DNA of 64,000 nt from Octopus vulgaris (lineage: Eukaryota): NCBI GenBank assembly GCA_951406725.2, contig OX597815.1, forward strand, positions 87,978,001 to 88,042,000. Reading direction: 5' to 3'. The notes beneath the pieces are model-generated. The model had not been told where the DNA came from. It made no database searches and saw only the letters and a list, made by a program, of their open reading frames with translations. The translations under genes were made by a program, and so were the position numbers. How positions within the stretch are numbered: position 1 is the stretch's first letter; each line of letters starts with the position of its first letter. Positions 36,550-50,872 of the stretch are shown piece after piece.

Positions 36550-38100
36550 CAAAAATATGGTAATTATATTCTGTCGAAGAAGGCTGGTGAGATTTGTTTT
36601 AATGAAACAATTAATATTTTATCAAAAATTTTCAGTGGAAGAAGTTCCCTGTTCAATACTCACTGGCAGTGTTTAAATTTGGTTAAAAAAGATGATGATT
36701 TCATCACCTATGCTGGAGTGGTTAACAGAGAGTGTGAGAAATTCAAATTGAATGAGTTGACCACTGACATGTTCAAGTGTTTAATTTTTGTTGAAGATTT
36801 TACTGCAAACAAAGATGCAGATATATGTTCCTAGATATTAACAAAATTAGAATAGGACCAAAACTTAACTTTACAAGCAGTAGCAGAAGAATGTCAGAGG
36901 ATTATTAATCTAAAACATGATTGAAATAAAAGTGAAGAGAAAGCTTGTTCTCAGATTCAAGTGTGTTGTCCAGTAACAAAAAGAAACAAGAGAAAAGAAT
37001 GTCAAAACTGAATCCATGTTATGGGTGTGGTGGTCTACATTTTAAAAATAACTGTTCATTAAAAAATATAAAATGCTTCAAGTGTGGTAAAATAGGCCAT
37101 AAAAAGTTACATTATAGGACAGAACCTAAAAACGTTCAACAGAAAAAATCTTATAAATGGATTATCAGTGGCAAAAAATACAATTTGTGTCTGTTAATAA
37201 CACAAACATAAAGATACAATTGGATATGGGCAGTGATATCTCAATAATTAACACAAATACATGGAAAAGATCAGGAGACCTAAATTAAGTGAAACTTCCA
37301 AACTTCCCCATGGTGTTTCAGGAAAAAAATTATATTGTAAGGTCATATCGATAAGTAACAACACATTTCGTGAAAAAACCTTAAAAGCTAAAGTTTTTGT
37401 GTTAAATAATACCACAAACTTATTCAGTACTGACTGGATGGAATTATTTAACTTATGGGACCTTCCCATAAACTTTTTCTGTAAAAAGGTGAATGGTTTT
37501 TCCTTCAGTACAAATAAGTCGTCAGACAAATTGAAAAAAATTTTTTTAATATTTTTCCTAAAGTTCTGTCTTATAAATTAAGTCTGTGTACCAAAACAAA
37601 GGTGTGATTTCAAATACAAGAAAATGCCATACTGACGCTTAAACTGTACCGTTTGCAGCATTAGAACAGATAAACTTAGAGTCAGAGAGACTAGGAATAC
37701 TCTGAATTCACATCACCAACTGTGATCATTAAGAAAAAGAAGATCCAAGCCAGCATGGAAGGCAGACATTAAATGGTGATGATGATGATGATGATGATGA
37801 TGATGTTGATGATGATGATGATGATGATGATGTGTGCTGATTTTTACATTGGAATTGAACCCTAAGCATAAGAGATATTAAAACTCTGAGTGGAGTTCAT
37901 TCTCAAAAAGGAAGAAGATAGGGGAGACTGATTCTAAAAAGGGGAGATGTTGAACAAGGATTTCAACCACCCTCCAAGTGACTAAAGGTGCACTGTCTCA
38001 TTGTTATAAAACAAAGAACTGTGAGCTATTGGCAGTTCAAGTTGGTAGCAGTTCACTGTGAAGTATGATTAAAAGCACTGAGTCTTGTGTAATAGTAATA
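36550..38100 (+). mobile_element. Decayed Gypsy/Ty3 LTR retrotransposon remnant (gag, protease, start of RT; PPT and 3' LTR start)
   Basis: Zinc knuckles CYGCGGLH...C and CFKCGKIGH; protease-like IQLDMGSDISII; VPFAALEQI; polypurine tract aaaaaggggaga followed by TGTTG at 37948. Confidence 0.75.
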
Positions 38101-38174
38101 GTAATGCATCATATATATACTTTCTTTCCCCACTGCTTCATAAATTACATATCTAACATACAAGGATACAAAAG

Positions 38175-39005
38175 GAACCAAATTAGCAGTGTGGGAAGGA
38201 GTTCTGAAGGTGTAGTTGCTAGGATAAGAACAGGCTGGGCAAAGTTTTGAGAGCTTCTACCTTTGTTGGTGACTAAGGGCCTATCCCTCAGAGTGAAAGA
38301 CAAATTGTATGATGCCTGTCACATACAGCTATGTTACATGGCAGTGAAACATCGGCTTTGACTACAGAGGACTTGCAAAAGCTAGAAAGAAATGAAGCCA
38401 GCATGTTCCACTGGAATGATAAAGTGTGCCTGTATGACAAAGTGTAAATGATTTAAGAGGAAAATTGGGTATAAGAGGCATCAGATGTGTGCATGAGAGA
38501 AGACTGTGCTGGTTTGGTCAAGTAATGCATATGGATGAGGACAGCTGCATAAAAAGTGCTGAGCTCTAATTGTAGAGAGAACCTGTGGAAGGGGTAGACC
38601 CAGAAAGATGTGGGATGAAGTGGTGAGAAAGGATCTTTGGATGCTGAGCTTTACTGAGGAAATGTCAAGGGACCAGGAGATGTGGTGATTTGTTGTATTT
38701 GATAAGACACGTCAAGCTAAGTAAAATTGCTGTCTTCCACACATACAGGCTTGTCCTTTGCAGGCGCTGGTGCCACCTAAAAAGCACCCATGCTGGTGCT
38801 GCATTAACACACTCATACCAGTGGCACATAAAAAGCACCCAGCACACTTTAAGTGGTTAGCATTAGGAAGGGCATCCAGCCATAGAAATCATACCACAAC
38901 AGACAGTTGGAGTCAGGACAGGTCCCTGCTAGCCAGCTCCATGTCAAGCCATCCAATGCCAGCATGGAAAGTAGACATTAAAAGATGATGATGATGACGA
39001 CGATG
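38175..39005 (+). mobile_element. Decayed RTE 3' fragment with (GAT)n tail
   Basis: RIRTGWAKF and homology to the 34678-35843 copy. Confidence 0.75.
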
Positions 39006-39014
39006 ACAATTAGA

Positions 39015-39730
39015 TGGCTGTATTCTCTTTGCTTACACTCAAGAAGACATGCAATATTTGTTCTGACCTAGGCCTGATGATATGTCTTAAAAAGACTGTT
39101 ATATCAACCTTTAGATATCTTATATATCTTATATCAACCTGCACCAGGAGGGCTATACTTGAAACCAGATATCTGTGTGTATGGTCAGAAGCTTCAAGTT
39201 GTAGGCAGGTTTGTGTACCTTGGCAGCACCCTTATTATACCATGCACATTTAACATCTTGCTAAGAATCAGCAAAGCCAGTGGTGCTTTCAGAAAGTTGG
39301 AAATTTGCCTGTCATTTCAACATGGTATCTTTGCTGATACTAAAGTGAAGATTTATATTATGTCTGTGTTTACCTCCCTGTTGTATACTTGTGAGATGTG
39401 GGTAACACATTGAAAGCATCATATCTTGGGCCTGTGTTGGAAAATGTAGGTGTGTAATGTTGGAAATCTTTGAAAGAAGCCACTGAGTCAATCATTTTAC
39501 ATCACTGACTCTGATGGGTGGGTCACTTGGTGAAAATGGAGGGCTGCAGGACTCCAAAGCATCTCCTGTATGGTAAGATGAGGAATAGAAAACATCTACC
39601 TCAAAAATTTCAGCTGAAGAAAGCTAACATCTTGGAAAAGGACTGGGAAGAAACTATAACTTATAGTGCAAGATGGAGGAAAGCAAGATATGATGGGAGT
39701 GAGAACTTTAAAATAGCTTGAGGAAATCCT
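39015..39730 (+). mobile_element. Decayed RTE/BovB-like LINE fragment (second RTE family)
   Basis: FVYLGSTL...RISKASGAFRKL...TKVKIY...LLYTCEMW; W.GHLVKMEGCRTPKHLLYG. Confidence 0.7.
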
Positions 39731-40344
39731 GAAGAGAGATGCGAGAAAGAGTGTAGATGTGATATTTCCAGGAAATGTGGGCGACCAGAGTAAGCTAACA
39801 TGTAACTGAATGTGAGAGAGTCTACTTCAGCAGAGCAACACAGAAAAGTCACAAAAGAAGCTACATACAAAGAGTTGACTTGCATTGCACCATATACAGC
39901 ATGCCATGAATGCAACAAGGTTTGCCTATCAGCTGGGGGTGGGAATACGAAAGCACATGCTGATCAACAACTGGGGGCAATGACATATGTAACATCTGTG
40001 CCAAACAGAGTAGGTCATTTACTGAAAAGTCATGGCCATGCTGTTCCCACATGAGACTGATTCCGAAATGCTTCCAGTGATGACTACACTCAGCAATGAG
40101 GAAATAGCCATCGTGTATATATGTATGTGTGTGTGTACACATGTGTGCATGTGCATATATATATATATATATAGGCACAGGCATGGCTGTGTGGTAAGAA
40201 GCTTGTTTCCCAACTACATGGTTCCAGGTTCAGTCCCACTGTGTGGCACCTTGGGCAAATCTCTTCTACTATATCCTTGGGCCAATCAAAACCTCGTGAG
40301 TGGATTTGGTAGATGGAAACTAAAAGAATTCCATTGTATCATCA

Positions 40345-41330
40345 TCATCATCAATGTTGTTTGATGTCTGCTTTCCATGCTGACATGGGTTGGAAGTTTG
40401 ACTGAGAACTGGCAAGCCGGGAGGCTGCCCTAAGCGCCAATCTGATTTGGCAAGGTTTCTACAGCTGGATATCCTTCCTAACGTCAACCACTTTGAGAGT
40501 TTACTGGGTGCTTTTTAGCTCCAGCAAAAGAGCCAGTCAGGTGGTACAGGCATCAACCACGCTTGAATGGTGTCTTTTATGTGCCACTAGTACAGGTGCC
40601 AGTCAGGCGGTACTGGTATTGGCCACATTTGAATGGTGTCTTTTACATGCCACCGGCACAGGTGCCAGTTAGGCAGCACTGGCATCAGCCACAACTACGA
40701 TTTCACTTGGTTCAACAAGTCTTCACAAGCATGGAATATTGCCAGATGATTGAAGGGTGCTTCTAAATGGGCCAGTTATGCAACACTGGCATTCGCCACA
40801 GCTACAATCTAACTTGGCTTGCCAGGTCTTCTCAAGCACAACATATTTCTAAAGGCCTTGGTTGCTTTTCATTGGCTCTGTGAGGCCCAATGTTCAAAGG
40901 TTTTGCTTCACCAACTCATCCCATGTCTTCCTGAGTCTACTTCTTCTACAGGTTCCCTCCACTGTTAGGTTGTAACTCTTCTTCACACAGCTGTTCTCAT
41001 CCATATGCAACACATAACTATATTCTTATACTAGCTGCTACACTCTCAGAGCATCCACCCCAGCTACTGACTTGGTCACCTAAGTAACAGAAGCTATCAA
41101 CTACTTCTAGTTTTTCCCTTTGGCATGTGATGGAATCTGTTTTCTGCACATCTTTGGTGTTTATCGCACCTGCACATCCGCCACACACAAAAACTATCTT
41201 CTCAGTTAAGCTTCCTTTGATATTGCTGCACTTCCTATGTCTCCATAGCATACACCGGGTACATCTTATGGAGTTTCTACCTAAGCCTTTTCTACAGATC
41301 AAGCAGGGCCATCTACCTGAAGGGATTTGT
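40345..41330 (-). mobile_element. RTE 3' fragment including the Cys-rich insert and 3' UTR
   Basis: WPCLICRKGLGRNSIRCTRC...H.KCS...FVCGGC, then LEVVDSFCYLGD. Confidence 0.8.
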
Positions 41331-42480
41331 GTGCATGTCTTTGTGTCTGTTTGCCCCTGCCATCGCTTGACAACCAGTGTTGGTGTGTTTGTGTCCTTGG
41401 TTTGGCAAAAGAGACCAATAGAATAAGTACTAGGCTTAGAAAAAATAAGTCTTGAGGTCAATTCGTTTGACTGAAACCTTTTAAGGCGATACCCCTGCAT
41501 GGCTGCAGTCAAATGACTGAAACAAGCAAAAGATTAAGATTTATCTCCCATCATAGCTGGGCAATTTTCACAATAGAATACCTTGGCAAACTCTCAAAAT
41601 AGCACACCCACATAAGTTGGATTTTGATGGGGATTTTACCAATTTTCTTTTTTTCACCACATCCTTGCAAATGATGGGGTTCAAGCATTTTATGAAAAAG
41701 ACATGTTTGAAAAATTATGATTCTCTTCTCCCAACTTTCGGACTGATTTTGTCCTATTTTTATTTTTTATTTTTGCATTACACACTTAAAGACAATGGGA
41801 GACACCTTTTCAGATAAAAAAGCAAAGTTTTGAAAATACACAATTTTTTCAAGCCCCCTTCCCCCACTCAGTACTGCTTTTGACCAATATTTCGTTCATT
41901 ACGCACTTAAAAACGCTGAGAGAAGTCTTGTTAGTTAAAAAGTAAAAATACTTTTGGAAATCAGCGATCATCATTACAAATTCCACTTCCTATATTTTCA
42001 AACAGAAAATTAAACAATTAAAAAATAGTGAAATTTTTTATAATTTATTCGTTAACTCTGCCCCACCCCCATTTCAGTTATTTATCAAATTTTAAAAATA
42101 ATTATCTTAAAATATAGACAGTCTGAATCTGTAATTTGTTTCTGTTCATAATTTCCCGATAATTTTCAGATAAAAAGGTGTGTGATGAAGAGAGATTTAT
42201 TATTATCATTATATGATATTATATTATCATTATATGATAATAATAAGTGGATGTAAACACATGAACAAAATAAGAATAAACAAAAACAACAACAACAAAA
42301 ACAAATTACATGAACGTATATAAACAGAAGATACAAATATTACAGGCATCCCCCCCACACACTAAATAAACATAGACGCACATAGAGATATAAGCATGCA
42401 CAAATGAAGACATACAATAGAAATACAAAATGGTTGACGGTTAGTAAGGGGAGACACAAATAAGAAAGAAGAAAACAAAG

Positions 42481-42524
42481 GACCACTGATGCAGTCACAG
42501 GAGTGTGACGAAAGAACTCTGGCC
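42481..42524 (+). ncRNA. Minimal hammerhead-like motif from a different family
   Basis: GACCA CTGATGCA GTCAC-aggagt-GTGAC GAAA GAAC TC TGGCC. Stem I CCA/TGG, stem II of 5 bp, GAAA and a CTC triplet. The core has C where A9 is expected. Confidence 0.5.
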
Positions 42525-42696
42525 AAAATAAGATTAAGATTAATGTAAAAAATAAATAACAGTGAAGCAAAATAACACCAAATATATAGTGCGTGTGTTT
42601 TTATTGGCTAAACTGGCAAAATGACCATTCCAAAATATAACAATATCTGTTTCAACACACGACTTCACATAAAAAATCTTGCACAACAAATATATA

Positions 42697-42750
<54 letters not shown>

Positions 42751-43409
42751 TGTATGTATATGATACACTTTTATAAATGATTTTCCATGCTTGCATGGGT
42801 CAGAAGGAAATTCATTGAGGCAGATTTTTCTGTAGCCAGATGTTCTTCCTGTTGCCTGCCCTCACCTAATTCCAAGCAAGGCCATATTTTCCCAAGGGCT
42901 TAGAATACAAAGCACATGATGGCTGGACATCTTTACATGGAAGATTGCAAATGAATGGAGTTGCCTATGTGATGGTGATGGTTGTTTATGATTAGTGCAC
43001 AATGTCAAGACAAGGTAGCATAAACACACACATATATATACCTACATTCTGAGACCCACTTTGGTCATGACATAGAGCATGGGATTGCACCTAGAAAGTT
43101 ACCCTCCCAGGCACAAGTCCGGACAAGGTTGTTTATGGAAGACCAGCAGTTGCCCACGCATACTGGCCTCCCCTCTCCGCGCCACTGATGTTATCCAAGG
43201 GAAAAGCAAGGGCCGATACAGCTTGGCACCTGTGACGTTGCAACTCATTTCTACAGCTGAGTGAACTGCAGCAATGTGAAATAAAGTGTCTTGCTCAAGA
43301 ACACAACACGGAGCTCGGTCCAGGATTCGAGCTCACAACCTCACGATCGTAAGCTCGATGCTCTAACCACTGAGCCATGTGCCTTCACTACATACACATA
43401 CATATATGT

Positions 43410-43448
<39 letters not shown>

Positions 43449-43456
43449 TGTTTGTT

Positions 43457-43487
<31 letters not shown>

Positions 43488-46459
43488 ATAAGGCACCTGT
43501 GCCAGTGACACATAAAAGACACCTGAGCTACATGAAAAAGTCCAGTACACTCTATGGACTGCCTGTTGTTAGGGAAGGGCATCCAGCAATGGAAACTAAG
43601 CTAAAACAGACTGGAGTCTGGTGCGGCTCTATGGCTTACCAGTTCCTGTCAAACCATCTAACCCATACCAGATGGAAAACAAACCCTAAATGATGACGAA
43701 GATGAAGATGATGATGACAGATATACATGCATATACATACATTCATGCATACAGAAATATGTGTGTATATGTGTAAAATAGATATGCATTATGCAGCATA
43801 TATTAGAAAACCTAAGATACAGTAGTTAGACTACAGTATTTAAGGCTTTCAATGTAGAACTCTGGACAGATGTGAATATATATATATATATATAGTGTGT
43901 GTGTGTGTGTGTGTGTGTGTATACAGACATACATACACACACACACATATATATATATACAAATATGTATATGTATATATAAATATATATATATACACAC
44001 ACACACGCACACATACATACATATGTAGGTGGAAACTGAAAGGATGTCCGTCTTGTGTGTATATATATATATATATATACAAACATACACACACACATAT
44101 ATATACACCAGTATTGGTGTGTTCATGTCCCCTTAGCTTACCAGTTCGGTAAAAGAAACTGGTAGAAAGTATCAGGTTTACAAGGAAAAGAAATAAGTAC
44201 TGGCTTCAATTTGCTTGACTAAAAATTTCTTAAGGCGGTGCCCCAGTATGGCCAGCCACAGTCTAGTGATTGGAACAAGTAAAAGATAAAAGATAATATA
44301 CATTATATATATATATATATATATGTGTGAAAATATAATAAGACATGTAGTATGTAAATGTGTACAGACATATGTGGAAGCAAACCTAAGCATGTACATA
44401 TACACAATTACACAGATATATGAATGCTTATTTTCAAATTATCTGTTTGTGGCAGATATGAAAGGAAGCACTGGTAAGATGTGGAACTCCCACAAAATAG
44501 TTTCCTGAGCCAGGAAAAGGAAGGTGTATACACAACTGAATACATGACTCAGGAGTGTCCACTTATCATTACATCGAGAAGTTAAACTTGGCTTTCCCCC
44601 TGATAAATAAAGGCATTATTCAGACTATCTGTTGTAAGTGACACATTGCTTTAAAGACATTTTAATAGAGAGACTAGGAGTTGACTTGAAAGACACATTG
44701 TGTACTGATACTGTCCTGGTTGATATAATTTTTGGATGTTCACTGGATAAACATAAAAAGCAGATATATTTTTTTTTGATAGTTTAAACACAATTTGTAA
44801 GTATCACTTGAATAGATACTGCACACAGATGTTCATTGAATAAACACAGCTTGTAGATATTGGCGTATAGAGAAAGGCGATGAGTTGGCAAAATGTTTAG
44901 TAGCACTCCATGCGTCTTTACGTTCTGAGTTCAAATTCCGCCAAGTAAATATTGGCTAGATAATTCTTGTTTTTCAATGTCGACTGTGAAGAAAGGTGAT
45001 GAGTTTGTAAAACGGTTAGCATGCCAGGCAAACTGCTTAGTGGCAGTTCATCCGTCCTTACATTCTGAGGTTGACTGAGGGTTGCAAGTTGGCAGAATTG
45101 TTTGCATGCAGGGTAAAATCCTTATCAGCATTTCATCCATACTTACATTCCGAGTTCAAATTCCGCTGAGGTTGATATAATTGACTTATCCCAAACCCTG
45201 AACTTGCTGACCTTGTGCCAAAACTTGAAACCAATGTTGACTGCAGTGACACAGCCTTAAATTGAACACTAGATATATTCAGCCAGTTGATTAAGAGACT
45301 CCTTAGATATAGTCTGCAACTTTTTCGTTGGATATATATATATATATATATACTCTTTTACTCTTTACTTGTTTCAATCGTTTGACTGCAGCCATGTTGG
45401 AGCACTGCCTTTAGTCAAGTAAATTGACCCTGAGACTTATTCTTTGTAAGCCCAGTACTTATTCTATCGGTCTCTTTTGCCGAACCACAAAGTGACGGGT
45501 ACATAAACACACCAGCATCAGTTGTCAAGCAATGCTAGGGGGACGAACACAGACACAAAAACATATATATACAGGCCTCTTTGAGTTTCTGTCTACCAAA
45601 TCCACTCACAAGGCTTTGGTCGGCCCAAGGCAATAGTAGAAGACATTTGCCCAAGGTGCCATGCAGTGGGACTGAACCTGGGAGCATGTGGCTGGTAAGC
45701 AAGCTACTTACCACAGAGCCACTCCTGCGCCTATATATACATGAAGTCTTCAGATTAGGCATAATCAGTACATGTTAACTGAATAGGCTCAACAAGTAGA
45801 ATTTGACTTAACTGACATGGTTATTGAATGTAAATTTGCATAGATATCATCTTTAGGTGTTGACTGGATAGGTATAGATTGTAGATATTCACTGGATTGA
45901 TACAATTTGAAAATCTTGATTGGATATACATAATGTGTATATACCTATTTCTTTACTTCCCACAAGGGGCTAAACACAGAGGGCAAACAAAGACAGACAA
46001 ACGGATTAAGTCGAATACATCGACCCCAGTGCATAACTGGTACTTATTTTATATACATAATGTGTATATACCATCAGCATAGACACTGCATATAGATTTT
46101 GATTGATCATATACAACCTGTAGGTACTGACTTAATAGATTCCAACTTTTTAAATTTGATCCCTATCCTACATTATTTAAGTAATTCACTTTATTCGTAA
46201 TATCAGCTTCAAATTTTGGTACAAGGCCAGTAATTTCCAGAGTAGGGTAGGTCGATTACATTGACCCCAGTGATTAATTGGTACTTATTTTATCAACCTC
46301 TAAAGGATGAAATGTAAAGTCAACCTCAGCAGAAAATGAACCCATAATGTAAAGATGGATGAAATACCACTAAGCATTTTGCCTGGCATACTAACGATTC
46401 TGCCAGCTTACCACCTCACTTTATGGTAATATCAATATTAATTTTGTTGCAACAGTACT

Positions 46460-46950
46460 TCAGCAAAAGAGAGATTATATGTTGCTTGAGTACAAAGTGC
46501 AATGTTACATGGCAGTGAGATATAGGTAGTGAATGCAGAGGATATGCAAAGGTTAGAAATGAATGAAGCAGACATGCTCCACTGGATTTGCAATGTGCAT
46601 GAATGATGTGGTTCAGATGAGCGGAGAGATAAACTGAACATAAGAGAAATCAATGTACAAGAAGAAAGACTGTATCGTTGCAACATGTAATGCATATGGA
46701 TAATAACAGACAGGTAACAAATTCTGAGGCGATCCAAGTGGAAGGAACCAGGAGAAGATGAAGACTAAGGAAGACATGGACAGAAGTGACAAAAGGTGAT
46801 GTCAGGATGTTGAACATCACAAAAAAGACGAAAAAGTAATGTAACAAACAGCAAGGCATGGTGTCGGAAAGGACTTGTCTAAGCTATGCATAGAAAAGCA
46901 GACATTGCCATTGTCGTTGTGGTGGTGTTGGTGGGGATGATGATGATGAG
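46460..46950 (+). mobile_element. Old RTE 3' fragment
   Basis: MLHGSE..V..EDMQRLE.NEA.MLHWIC motif remnants. Confidence 0.6.
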
Positions 46951-47257
46951 TACTTACAGCGATGAAACTTTGTATTCCTCCCTTCAAAATTTTTTGTTTT
47001 TAAGTGGGTTTCATATAACAGTTGTACATGGAACGAAATAGCAAGTGTGCTGCAGTATAATAACTCGTGATGACAGTAGCAATGAGGACACTGGTGATAG
47101 TGATGGTAACTATGTTGATGATGGTGATTTACAGTGACAAGGATTATTATATTTAGTCAAAAGTAATAAAATTCCATAGAAATCAGGCTTTTCACATCCC
47201 TCAGTCTCTTTTATCAATACTATAGCCAATATATTCTCTTTGAATATATTGGCTATA

Positions 47258-47455
47258 CAAAGGGATGCTGAAAAGTTCCTGGCTATGAGTAAAAGAAATT
47301 TGAGGAGAATCAGTTAATGATGGTTTTATTCAACATATTCCCTTCTGATTCACACACTTATTGCAACAGTCCTTCAGTTATTCTAAGCCCTGTAAAAGAA
47401 CTCAGAATACCTTTCACAATACCATTAAAACCAGAAACTTTTCAGCACCGCTTTT
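47258..47455. mobile_element. Mariner-type MITE
   Basis: TA-flanked TIRs gggatgctgaaaagttcctgg / ccagaaacttttcagcacc. Confidence 0.7.
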
Positions 47456-47709
47456 TATGTAACACTTCCTAATATACACATATATCTAAACCTGCTCACT
47501 TTCATCACCCCCACTCTCATCGTCTGTTGTATCTTATTTCCAACTAAATCCTGCTCTAGACATTTTACTTAATGTTCCTTTCAAGTAATGGCATCCCTCA
47601 GAAAATATCTTTCAGATTTTGTTTTCGTTCCATATACCAATACCATTAACAGGTATAGCTGGTCAGTGACAACATCAGTCTTTCTTAAATATTTCTGCCC
47701 AACCAGTTT

Positions 47710-50470
47710 CATCATCCTCATTGTTTAATGTCTGCCTTCGATGCTGGCTTGGGTTGGACAGTTTGACAGGTGCTGACCAGGTAAGAGCCAGCTCCAGACT
47801 TCTGTATGTTTTGGCATGGTTTTTATGGCATCCAACCATAAAAACCATGCCAAAACAGACACTAAAGTCTTTATACAGCTGTCTTCATTCATACATATCA
47901 CGTGTCCAAACCAACGTAGTCTTCTCTCTTGCATGCTGCATTTGATTCCTCTTATGCCCAACTTAGCTCTCAATACGTTTGCATTTTGTTGTACATGCAC
48001 ACTGATGTTGCACATCCAGTGGAGCATACGGCCTTCATTTCTCTCCTGTTTACAAATGTCTTCAGCATTCAAAGCCCATGTCTCACTACCATGGAGTATA
48101 GTTGTTCACACACAAGCACCATACAATCTACCTTTCACTCTGAGAGAGTCCTTTTGTTGCCAACAGAAGTAACAGCTCTCTGAACTTCCTCCACCCTATT
48201 CATATTCTAGAAACAATACTTTCAGAGCATCCTCCACTGTTACTAATTTGGTCACCTAGGTAACAGAAACTATCTACATCCTCAAGAGAGCCTCCTCGGC
48301 AGTTGAGAGAATCTAAGCCCTGTGTGCTCTTATTGTTCCTGCACATCTGCCACATACGAAGATGACTTTATCTGTTAATTTACCTGTAATTCCACTGCGC
48401 TTCTTATGAGTCCATAGCTTAAACTAGGTGCAGTGAATGGAATTACTTCCAACTCCTTCTCTACATATTGAGCAGGGCCATTTACCTGACAGGAAGAGAA
48501 CCTAATCTCCTTTTCTTGCTAACAACTTCGGTCTTTGCTAGTTTAACTTTAAGGCCCTTGGATTTCAGGTTTTGCTTCCATGCCTGGAATTTTTTCTCTG
48601 ATTCTGCAATCAGAGCAAGGTCATCAGCATGAAGTAGTTCCCATGGGCATCCAGTTTTGAATTCCTCTGTTATGGCCCGGAGGACTATGATGAGTGAGTG
48701 GGCTGAGAATTGAACCTTGGTGAACCCCTACTTGTATGCTAAATTCATCACTGTATTTATGGCTGACTCCCATATTACTGACAACACCACTGTACATTGC
48801 TTGTACAGCTCTAACAAGCCTCTCCTCTACTCCTAACTTCCTTAGAGACCACCATATAACAGAATGGGGAACTCTGGCAAAAGCTTTCTCAAGGTCGATG
48901 AAAGCTAAGTACAATGGCTTACTTTAGGCCAAATACTTTTCCTGCAGCTGTCTCACTAGGAAGATAGCATCTGTGGTACTCTTCTCAGGCACAAAAACAA
49001 ACAACATCTCATCTAGTTTAATTCGATTCCAAATCAATTGAGCTATAACCTTCTCAGTAACTTTAATTACCTGATCTAACAGTTTGGTACCTCTGTAGTT
49101 ATTTCTATCTAAGGCATCCCTTTACCCTTGTAGCACTACACCAGTCATTATGGATGGCACCTCCCTGAATAACCTGGTTAACTATATGGGTGACTAGGCT
49201 GTATCCTACACCACCAGATATTTTAATCATCTCATCAGTGATTCTTCATGGCCTAGGGGTTGTCCCTGATTTCATATCCTTAATTGCCTTATTTATTATG
49301 CTGCTATCAACTCTGATGGCTGGTCTCTCAATTGGTTCAATATTTGAAAAACTCTCCTTCTCCCATTCATTTTCCACGTAGTGGTATTTCCATACATCTT
49401 TCTTCTCTGAGTTATTAAGTGTATGCATACCATTATCCATTTGCACACCCATCACATCTCTATTCTCTCATATACAGCTTTGCAATCCTGAACACCGCAT
49501 GCCTCTGATCCTCACACTGTAGAACATTGACAAACCTCTTACTTTCGGCTATTCCTTTTGCTATGTAAACCTGTTGCCTAGCTTCCCTTCTGGATACCTG
49601 ATATAATTTTCTGCTGCCACCATTCTTCCAGTCATTACAGGCCTGTCACTTTGCTTTTATAGCACTGTTCACCATGTTCCACCACCATGTCACCTACGGT
49701 CTAGCTGGGACTTTGTACCAGCCTCAGATTTGGTCTGCAGCCCTCAGTAGATTGTCCCACAGGAACTTCCAATTGTCCTCTAAGCAATATGTCCCTACTT
49801 CCTCCACCTCTATCATCAGAAGCTTCTATTAGAATGTCTCTGAATTTCTGTCAGTTAGCTGGATTTTGAACTTCCATAATCTTCTTTTTCAGTAAGGTTT
49901 ATTTTTCCGAATCTTTTTAGCTGTAATTTTGAAGTCACTAACTAGTAGCCTGTGTTGGGGTGTACACTCTTCATCTGCGAAAGACTTCCCATTTGTGAGC
50001 ATCTACATATCATGCTGCATGGTGAGGAAGTAATTGATCTGGATTATGTGCCCACCAGACTGATAAGTGATTAGGTGGCTGGTTGGTTTTCTGAAGTTAG
50101 TGTTGCAGATCATGGGATCATTTGCATCACAAAACTCCAGTAGCCTTGTTCACTTCTCATTCCTGAAGCCAAAGCCATAACCACAATGCACCCCACGGAA
50201 TCCATGAGAACGCTGCCCAACATGTCCATTAAAGTCACCAGACACAATAACCAAGTCTCTGTCATTTGTCATTGAGATAGTCTGAAGAAGGACCTTGTAG
50301 AATTGGTCCTTCTGGTCATCAGCCAGCCCAGCCTGTGGAGCATAGGCAGAGATAAATGTAACTGTTAATTTATTTATAAGTCTTAGCTTAATAACACTTA
50401 TCACATACTTTGACTACCTCAATTACCTTATCCACCCACTTTTCTGCTAACAGTCTGCCCACTCCATTAT
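47710..50470 (-). mobile_element. Long decayed RTE LINE (APE endonuclease, RT and 3' end)
   Basis: ISAYAPQAG...GDFNGHVG (APE), YLAFIDLEKAF.RVP, GVHQGSILSP, LRWFGHV; many stops and frameshifts. Confidence 0.9.
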
Positions 50471-50872
50471 TCATGCCTATTATGAAGACAAAAAAGATAC
50501 GGGCATTTTTTCACTTCTTCAGATCAACTAATAGAAAAAAAAATGATTTCTCACTTAAAAACAAGTTTTGAGATTTAAAGGAATGATGAAGTGAGAAGAA
50601 ATAAGACTGTGTGATGTTCATGCCTTCTCTAGAAATATATTTGATTATTAGAAATGAAACAAAGTCAGGGTCTCAATTTCCTTGAAGTACTTTCAATCTA
50701 TAAACTAATACCATAGGAGATATAATTACTAAAATTTATATTACTGACCTATATGAAAGTCAAACTTTCATAAACTGTGCTCTCTAGCATTTATAGTAGT
50801 GAGCAACATAGAAATAGTATATACATCCTGGTTGTGACCCATACATGATACATGCATGTGTGTATATATCTA

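Noticed and set aside
36394-36834. 146-aa ORF that looks like a novel protein
   Set aside because: Chance read-through from the hammerhead element into a decayed Gypsy gag fragment; downstream frames are full of stops.
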